Shown piece after piece: positions 57,667 through 64,000 of a stretch of DNA of 64,000 nucleotides. The stretch covers positions 4,448,001 to 4,512,000 of the forward strand of contig OZ252149.1 of the NCBI GenBank assembly GCA_965248755.1, given 5' to 3'. The stretch comes from Candidatus Latescibacterota bacterium (GTDB lineage Bacteria > Latescibacterota > CBDEFO01). The position numbers were made by a program, and so were the translations under genes. Under the pieces are notes generated by a model. That model did no database searches, was not told where the DNA came from, and worked only from the letters and a program-made list of their open reading frames with translations. Every line of letters begins with the position of its first letter. The first letter of the stretch is position 1.

Positions 57667-59829
57667 TTAGTTTGACGGCTTTGTAGGCTGCCTTTGATAC
57701 CAGCGGGGTTTATCCGATCTCCCATCACCGCTCTCTGTCTCTGTGTCTTTCCTGTCCATAGTTGCTTTTCTACTCAGCTTGATCTTCCCCTGACCATCTA
57801 TTCCTATAACCTTGACTGTGACGTTGTCTCCCACGTTGAGGACGTCCTCTACCTTATCCACTCTGTGGTATTCCAGCTCAGATATGTGCACCAACCCATC
57901 CTTGCCCGGAAGTATCTCCACAAAAGCGCCGAAATCCATAATCCTTTTGACTTTGCCATCATATATCTTGCCGACCTCTGCCTCCTGGACCAAATTCTCC
58001 ACCATCTGCACTGCCTTTTCTCCCATCGCTTTATCCACAGATGCTATAACTACTCTTCCATCGTCGTCAACGCTTATCTTAGCCCCTGTAACTTCCTCCA
58101 TCTCTCGTATAGTACTCCCCTTTGGTCCTATTATGATCCCTATCTGAGATTGCTTTATGTCTACTGTCGTGATCATCGGAGCGTAAGGCGACAGATCGGG
58201 ACGTGCTTGTGAGAGGCTTGCATCCATAATGTCGAGTACCTTATGAAGGTCCTGCCCTGCCCTTTCCAATGCCTCCTGCATAATATCAAAGCTTATGCCT
58301 TCTATCTTGATATCCATCTGTATGGCTGTGATCCCGTCCCTGGTTCCTGCCACTTTCAAATCCATGTCTCCCCAGTGATCTTCAGCTCCCATAATGTCAG
58401 AAAGAATGCAGGCTCTGTCCCCCTCCTTTATCGAACCGATCCCGACACCTGCCACAGCTCCCTTCACAGGCACTCCCGCATCCATAAGCGACAAGCTTCC
58501 CGCGCATACAGTAGCCATAGACGACGAACTGTTCGACTCTAAAATCTCTGAAACTACCCTTATCGTATAAATGAAATCTTCCTGAGGCGGTATCATAGGC
58601 TCGATCGCCTTCTCAGCCAAGGCCCCGTGCCCTATGTCCCTCCTGCTTGGTCCCAATATCCGCTTAACTTCTCCAGTGCAAAATGGCGGGAAGTTGTAAT
58701 CGAGCATATACCGTTTAAACGATTTTCCCTCTAAATCATCCACCATGCGTTCATCCAGCTTCGTGCCCAGCGTCGTCACAGCCAGACTCTGAGTCTCACC
58801 CCTTGTAAAGAGGGCAGATCCGTGAACCCTTGGTAGGACGCCTACTTCGCAGGTTATGGGTCTTATCTCATCAGAGGCCCTCCCATCAATTCTCTTGCCA
58901 TCAGATATGACCATCTGTCTCATATCGGTCCTTTCAATTTCCTCAAGGACCTCAGCTATCTCTTTTTCCTTTTCGGGGAATCTCTCGGACAACTTCTCCA
59001 TAACATCCGTCTCTAGCTGTCCCAGCGCCGCACTCCTGTCTTCTTTATCAACGCCTCTATTGGCTTCCTTGATCCTGATTGCAGCAAGTTCCTCAACGGC
59101 GTCTTTAAGACCTGGGATCTCATCCTTTTGCCGAATCTCTCTCTTTGGGACGCTGGGCGCCGCTGCTATGAGCCTTTCTTGGAGCTCTATAATCTCTCTT
59201 ATAGCCTCGTGCCCGAACTTCAGCGCCTCAAGCATGTCCTTATCAGAAATTTCCAGCGCAGAACCTTCCACACTCATAATGGTATCCTTTTTACCCCCGA
59301 CTACCAGATCTATATCGCTGTTTTCCAACTGAGACATCGTCGGATTGATTATGAGTTGGCCGTCCACTCTTCCGACCCTGACTGCTCCGCTGGGACCCAT
59401 AAACGGTATATCAGATATACAAAGAGCCGCAGAAGCCCCTATCATTCCCAAAACATCCGCGTCGTTTTCCTTATCGTAGGACAGAACCATTACTATAATT
59501 TGAGTTTCACATTTGAACTCCCCGGGAAAAAGCGGGCGTATTTGATGGTCTATCATTCTGGCGCTTAGTACCTCCTGATCCAGGGGGCGCGCTTCTCTCC
59601 TTCCTATATTGCCCGGTATCGTACCCGTCGAATACTTCTTCTCTCTGTACTCCACCTGAAGAGGGAAAAAGTCCTTTTCCAGCTCTTCTTCTTTAGAAGC
59701 CACGGCGGTAGCCAATATTACTGTGTCTCCGTATCCTACTATCACAGCTCCATCGGCCTGTTTAGCCACTTTCCCGGTCTCTATATACAGATTTAGCCCG
59801 CCCAGCGTCATCTCCACCTTTTCTATCAT
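57667..59829 (-). CDS. pnp: Polyribonucleotide nucleotidyltransferase
   Basis: 'DFFPL.V.Y.E', 'HGSALFTRGETQ', 'YNFPPF', 'GDMD.KVAGT', KH and S1 domains. Confidence 0.97.
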   Translation of the reverse strand: MIEKVEMTLGGLNLYIETGKVAKQADGAVIVGYGDTVILATAVASKEEELEKDFFPLQVEYREKKYSTGTIPGNIGRREARPLDQEVLSARMIDHQIRPLFPGEFKCETQIIVMVLSYDKENDADVLGMIGASAALCISDIPFMGPSGAVRVGRVDGQLIINPTMSQLENSDIDLVVGGKKDTIMSVEGSALEISDKDMLEALKFGHEAIREIIELQERLIAAAPSVPKREIRQKDEIPGLKDAVEELAAIRIKEANRGVDKEDRSAALGQLETDVMEKLSERFPEKEKEIAEVLEEIERTDMRQMVISDGKRIDGRASDEIRPITCEVGVLPRVHGSALFTRGETQSLAVTTLGTKLDERMVDDLEGKSFKRYMLDYNFPPFCTGEVKRILGPSRRDIGHGALAEKAIEPMIPPQEDFIYTIRVVSEILESNSSSSMATVCAGSLSLMDAGVPVKGAVAGVGIGSIKEGDRACILSDIMGAEDHWGDMDLKVAGTRDGITAIQMDIKIEGISFDIMQEALERAGQDLHKVLDIMDASLSQARPDLSPYAPMITTVDIKQSQIGIIIGPKGSTIREMEEVTGAKISVDDDGRVVIASVDKAMGEKAVQMVENLVQEAEVGKIYDGKVKRIMDFGAFVEILPGKDGLVHISELEYHRVDKVEDVLNVGDNVTVKVIGIDGQGKIKLSRKATMDRKDTETESGDGRSDKPRWYQRQPTKPSN

Positions 59830-59883
59830 TATTCTTACCTCCCTTAAAACCTTACTTTTGAAGTCGATTCTTTCTATCTTCGC

Positions 59884-60153
59884 TTATCGCCGCAGCCCTA
59901 ATTCCTTAATTAGATCCCTGTATCTGCCCACGTCCTTCTTATCTAGATACCTCAGTAATCTCCTTCTTTTGCCCACCATCTTTAATAGACCTAAACGCGA
60001 GTGATGGTCTTTCTTGTGGGTCTGCAGGTGCTCCGTCATATACGCTATTCTATCTGTCAGTAAGGAAATCTGCACCTCAGGCGATCCTGTATCGCCTTTG
60101 CCTCTTCCGAATTGTTTTACCAGCTGCTCTTTTCTCTCACCGGTTAATGCCAA
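59884..60153 (-). CDS. rpsO: 30S ribosomal protein S15
   Basis: 'DTGSPEVQI', '[11 protein letters not shown]', 'LGLRR'. Confidence 0.97.
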   Translation of the reverse strand: MALTGERKEQLVKQFGRGKGDTGSPEVQISLLTDRIAYMTEHLQTHKKDHHSRLGLLKMVGKRRRLLRYLDKKDVGRYRDLIKELGLRR

Positions 60154-60190
60154 AGTTGTACCTCCCTATTTGACAAGTAGACAGTGGTCA

Positions 60191-61156
60191 CTAATTAGCA
60201 GACAGGGAATCCCTGCCTCTCCACTGGTCTACATTTAGAATCTCCTCTCCTATTTCTTTATCTTTTTCGATCTGCTTTGCAAGTTGCTCTGCCGAACCGA
60301 ATTTCATCTCATCTCTTATCTTTTCTAGAACCTCCACTTTCAATGTCTGGCCATAAAGATCGCTTTCAAATCCGATAATATGTACCTCCACCACGTGTTC
60401 CTTACCTCCGAAACTCGGTCTGTATCCTATATTCATCACTCCCTTATATCGGCGGCCCGACGCTTCCGTCCAAACGGCGTAGACGCCATCCGGCGGAATT
60501 AGCTTCCAAGGATCAACTATTCGTATATTGGCTGTTGGAAATCCCAATTGTTTGCCCCTGCTCTCACCCTTAACCACTTCTCCGCTAAAACTGTAGTTGC
60601 GCCCCAGAAGCTTAGAGGCTAACCTCATATTTCCCGATGAGATTAGCTTTCGAATCCTTGTGCTGCTTATCCTGTCACCATCTACTATTTGGGGGGGGAC
60701 CACCTCTACCTCAAACCCTAATTCCTGGCCTAACTGTTCCAGCATATCTGTATCGCCTGATCTTCCCCTTCCGAATCCGTGATCGTGACCGATAATGAAT
60801 CTACTCACACCTAATCTGCTCAACAGTATCCTTTCTACAAAGTCCTTCGGACTAAGAAGAGAGAAATCTCGAGTAAAGGAAAGGATCACGAAAGTATGTA
60901 TGCCGATCTTTTCTATAATTTCGAGTTTTTCCTCCTTTGTAGTCAGAATGGGCGAGGCCGTCTTGGGATTCAGGACAGTCTGAGGATGCGGTTCAAAAGA
61001 AAGCGCTATACTTTCCCTCTTCAACTCTTGTGCCCTTGTCTGCACGGTGGACAGTACGGACACGTGACCCCTGTGAACACCATCAAACGTTCCGACTGTC
61101 ACTACAGGCCGCGACAACTTGTGGCAAAATTCCTCTATATCTTCAATTATTTTCAT
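60191..61156 (-). CDS. ribF: Riboflavin kinase/FAD synthetase
   Basis: 'GTFDGVHRGH', 'ISST.IR', 'GFPTAN', 'GVYA', 'E.H'. Confidence 0.96.
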   Translation of the reverse strand: MKIIEDIEEFCHKLSRPVVTVGTFDGVHRGHVSVLSTVQTRAQELKRESIALSFEPHPQTVLNPKTASPILTTKEEKLEIIEKIGIHTFVILSFTRDFSLLSPKDFVERILLSRLGVSRFIIGHDHGFGRGRSGDTDMLEQLGQELGFEVEVVPPQIVDGDRISSTRIRKLISSGNMRLASKLLGRNYSFSGEVVKGESRGKQLGFPTANIRIVDPWKLIPPDGVYAVWTEASGRRYKGVMNIGYRPSFGGKEHVVEVHIIGFESDLYGQTLKVEVLEKIRDEMKFGSAEQLAKQIEKDKEIGEEILNVDQWRGRDSLSAN

Positions 61157-61159
61157 CTA

Positions 61160-62101
61160 CTACGCCCTTAACGCTGGGCCTAATACTGATTCCCCCCTTC
61201 GGCTGTAGAAAACCTTAATCGGTTTGAGGGAGTCCGAAGCTCTATCGAAAGCGCCTATTCCGATAAGCTTTCCACGCCTATCTTCCACTCTTATTCTTTC
61301 CAGATTTGTATTTTTCTGCGAATATGTAACTGGAACTCCATTGCAGAAGCGGAAGACATCTTCCACTACAAGCGTCAGGACCGGCATATGTTGTAAGGAT
61401 TCGCTTATACTTATGACCCGCTCTCCAATCCTACCTTTCTTTGCGCATTCCTCGATCTGTTCCATCCTCATTGCGTCCTTTAAGTGGAAGGGTCCCGACC
61501 TGATCCTCTTTAAAGATCCTACGTAGGCGCCAGTTCCCAATTCTTTGCCTATATCGTTTACAAGCGACCTTATGTAAGTTCCTCTCGAACATACAACATT
61601 CAAGGTCAAATGTGGTGTTTCGTAGCTCTCGGTCAGGATCGAATCGATTCTGACTCTCCTTACTTGTGCTTCTACCTTTTCTCCTCTCCTTGCCGACTTG
61701 TAAAGCCTTTCACCATTCACCTTAAGGGCCGAAAATGCGGGAGGAACCTGCTCTATCTCGCCCTTGAATTTCTTACAAACTGTTTCTATATCCTGCAAGT
61801 CCACCCGTATATGCTGGATACTATCTATTATCTTACCCTCTGAGTCAAACGTGTCAGTGGATTTGCCTATCACAGCGACTACTGAGTATTCCTTATTTTC
61901 CTCCGGGAGAAACTGGATTATCTTAGTGGCTTTGCCTAGGCATACAACCAGAACGCCGGTGGCTATAGGGTCTAAAGTTCCCGTGTGTCCTACCTTCCTG
62001 ATTTTAAAGATATCCCTTATCTGATCTACGACGTCGTGCGAAGTTGGGCCGGCTATTTTGTCCACTATTAATATTCCATCAATGTTTTCCTCCAACATCA
62101 T
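61160..62101 (-). CDS. truB: tRNA pseudouridine(55) synthase
   Basis: 'KVGHTGTLDP.ATGVL', 'PP.FSALK..G..LY', 'CSRGTYIRSL'. Confidence 0.96.
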   Translation of the reverse strand: MMLEENIDGILIVDKIAGPTSHDVVDQIRDIFKIRKVGHTGTLDPIATGVLVVCLGKATKIIQFLPEENKEYSVVAVIGKSTDTFDSEGKIIDSIQHIRVDLQDIETVCKKFKGEIEQVPPAFSALKVNGERLYKSARRGEKVEAQVRRVRIDSILTESYETPHLTLNVVCSRGTYIRSLVNDIGKELGTGAYVGSLKRIRSGPFHLKDAMRMEQIEECAKKGRIGERVISISESLQHMPVLTLVVEDVFRFCNGVPVTYSQKNTNLERIRVEDRRGKLIGIGAFDRASDSLKPIKVFYSRRGESVLGPALRA

Positions 62102-62237
62102 ATCTCCCGCAGAAATGGTAGACAGCAGCCCTTAGCTGGAATACAGGGCTGACTCCTAAGCGGCCAATTATGAACAGCAAGCAACACCCATTAACAGTAC
62201 GGGAACGGATGCTCTGGCTACCGTCTACTGCAGTTTG

Positions 62238-62573
62238 TCATAGCTCTCTCAGAATCTTATCTATCCTTGTCCCGCTTTCTATTGAGATGTCATGATGGAA
62301 CGTAAGTTCCGGAACGTGCCTTAGCCTTATACTCCCGCCCAGTTCTGCCCTGATAAAGCCCGATGCCTTTTTCAATATGCTCAGATGCTCATCTATATCC
62401 TTGCCGTCCATGAGGCTTATGTAGATCTTAGCCTGACTCAGATCGTTCGAGACCTTGATATCTGTCACAGTTATGAAACCTATTCTCGGGTCCTTCAACT
62501 TGTTGAGTATTATATCGCTAAGTTCTCTCAAAAGAGCAGCGTTAATAGTGTCGCGTCTGTAATGCACTTTCAC
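62238..62573 (-). CDS. rbfA: Ribosome-binding factor A
   Basis: 'KDPR', 'S.DL..AKIY', 'LR.VPEL.F..D'. Confidence 0.93.
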   Translation of the reverse strand: MKVHYRRDTINAALLRELSDIILNKLKDPRIGFITVTDIKVSNDLSQAKIYISLMDGKDIDEHLSILKKASGFIRAELGGSIRLRHVPELTFHHDISIESGTRIDKILREL

Positions 62574-62860
62574 TTCACCTCAAAGTTATGATCTAGAAGC
62601 TCCACCTGGGTCTCCCTTTCAATATCCCTTATCACCTTGGAGAGGACCTCGTTCGCATTGTTCGTCTCGTTAGCTGCCACGGCAAAGCCTAAAACTGACC
62701 TTTGCCAGAGATCGTTCCCATCCATCTCGGCAACAGATATGTTAAACTTGTTTATAAGTCTGGTTGTCAGACTCTTCAGAAGATGTCTTTTAGTTTTGCG
62801 CGAGCTGCTCTCCGGGAAGAATATATCTGCTGTGCACGAAACTATTGTCATGGATCCCAA
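62570..62860 (-). CDS. DUF503 (YlxP-like) protein
   Basis: 'S.K.KR', 'KFNISVAE', 'DLWQR'. Usual position between infB and rbfA. Confidence 0.88.
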   Translation of the reverse strand: MGSMTIVSCTADIFFPESSSRKTKRHLLKSLTTRLINKFNISVAEMDGNDLWQRSVLGFAVAANETNNANEVLSKVIRDIERETQVELLDHNFEVK

Positions 62861-62862
62861 GC

Positions 62863-64000
62863 CTATAGGCTCCTTGCAACCTCCACTACCTCATAGGCCT
62901 CTATAACATCGCCTGCCTTTATATCGTTGTAGCCCTCTATCGTCATGCCGCACTCGTAACCTGACGCCACCTCTCTGGCGTCGTCCTTAAACCTCTTGAG
63001 AGAGCTAAGCTTGCTTTCATATATCGTGACACCATCCCTTATTAACCGCACGGCAGAGCCTCTTTTGATCGTTCCTGAATTTACGAAGCAGCCGGCTATC
63101 GTCCCGACTTTAGATACGTTGAAGATCTGGCGCACCTCTGCTGCCCCTATTATCTCCTCAGTCAAGTCGGGCGATAGGAGCCCCAGCAAAGCTGCTTTGA
63201 CATCTTCTAACGCCTCGTAGATAACTCTGTAGGACCTTATGTCCACCTTCTCCTGTGCTGCAAGTTCCATGGCTCTGGGCTCTGGCCTGACGTGAAAACC
63301 GATAATTATGGCCTCAGACGCAGAGGCTAAAAGAGTGTCCGACTCCGTTATGGCTCCTACGCCCTTATGTATAATATTCACCCTTACTTCCTCTTGTCCA
63401 TCCTTATCCCCCCCTAATTGCATCAGAGATTCACATAGAGCCTCCACTGAACCATCTACGTCCCCTTTGACGATAAGGTTCAGATCTTTGACCTGTCCCT
63501 CCTGGATCCGTCCGTGTAAATCAGCCAGGCCTATTTTCCTGATTTTCCTGTAATCCTGCTCCCTCTTAAGTTGCTGTCGCTTCCGGCTTATTTCTCTGGT
63601 TTCTCTTTCGGAGGAGAGCACCGCAAAGGAGTCGCCTGCCTGGGGCATTCCATCTACCCTGAAGATTTGAACGGGCATAGATGGTCCGGCCTTTTCGACT
63701 CGGCGCCCACGTTCATCCATCATCGCCCTTACGGATCCGCTGTAAATACCTGTTACAAATGTATCTCCAACGTCCAGTGTCCCGGACTGGACGAGTACAG
63801 TAGCAACAGGTCCCTTTCCCGGGTCCAATTTGGATTCGATTATCGTCCCTTTAGCTTTCTTATCAGGATCAGCCGTAAGTTCCAGTACTTCAGCCTCCAG
63901 CACAAGGGTTTCCAAGAGCTTATCCACATTCTCTCCCGTTTTGGCTGAAATCTGGATGCAGCTTATCTTCCCACCCCAGTCTTCGACTAACACTCCGTGC
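62863..64000 (-). CDS. infB: Translation initiation factor IF-2 (C-terminal part; 5' end beyond window)
   Basis: 'EDWGG', 'SAKTG', 'KGDVDGS.EA', 'IAGC.V', 'SLKRFKDD..EV..G.ECG'. Confidence 0.97.
   Translation of the reverse strand, partial: HGVLVEDWGGKISCIQISAKTGENVDKLLETLVLEAEVLELTADPDKKAKGTIIESKLDPGKGPVATVLVQSGTLDVGDTFVTGIYSGSVRAMMDERGRRVEKAGPSMPVQIFRVDGMPQAGDSFAVLSSERETREISRKRQQLKREQDYRKIRKIGLADLHGRIQEGQVKDLNLIVKGDVDGSVEALCESLMQLGGDKDGQEEVRVNIIHKGVGAITESDTLLASASEAIIIGFHVRPEPRAMELAAQEKVDIRSYRVIYEALEDVKAALLGLLSPDLTEEIIGAAEVRQIFNVSKVGTIAGCFVNSGTIKRGSAVRLIRDGVTIYESKLSSLKRFKDDAREVASGYECGMTIEGYNDIKAGDVIEAYEVVEVARSL

Noticed and set aside
57694..59568. Long antisense ORFs over pnp (and similar ones over GTs, pcrA, leuS and infB)
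   Set aside because: Shadow frames of well-supported genes with no recognisable motifs.
60154..60225. S15 autoregulatory leader upstream of rpsO
   Set aside because: A small hairpin (GGCAGGGATTCCCTGTC) exists, but I cannot match it to a known S15 leader family by eye.
1..64000. tRNA, rRNA, CRISPR-Cas, integrase or prophage genes
   Set aside because: None recognised in the sequence or the ORF track.

Overview
A 64 kb stretch of a diderm bacterial chromosome (kdsA/kdsB, Wza, outer-membrane beta-barrel) that appears to span the replication terminus. Genes lie almost all on + up to ~52.4 kb and on - after it, and the switch coincides with a near-canonical XerC/D dif site at 53698-53725. 1-28.1 kb is a large Wzx/Wzy-type exopolysaccharide locus. 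It includes a wza split by an in-frame TAA, a Wzc kinase with an extra C-terminal TM plus SPOR extension, many glycosyltransferases, and an embedded nucleotidyltransferase/PqqD/HPr-kinase-like trio. 28-52 kb holds a sigma54-driven Hsp20, a metal/cobalamin ABC transporter with a structured leader and a decayed binding-protein gene, and a housekeeping run (nikR, folBK, panBC, purN, ruvX, mltG, pcrA, gatC, kdsB, an atypical pyrG, kdsA). It ends with an ECF sigma/anti-sigma/Spy-like operon whose anti-sigma gene is split at an A_AAA_AAG slippery site. 52.4-55.2 kb is a rearranged terminus zone: an IS256 remnant, a second variant dif site bracketing a ~0.9 kb cassette, and a diverged ~585 bp tandem duplication of the leuS 3' end plus an HTH gene. 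55-64 kb is infB-DUF503-rbfA-truB-ribF-rpsO-pnp-leuS on the minus strand. Nested REP-like palindromes fill several intergenic gaps. All calls come from reading motifs by eye; no searches were run.
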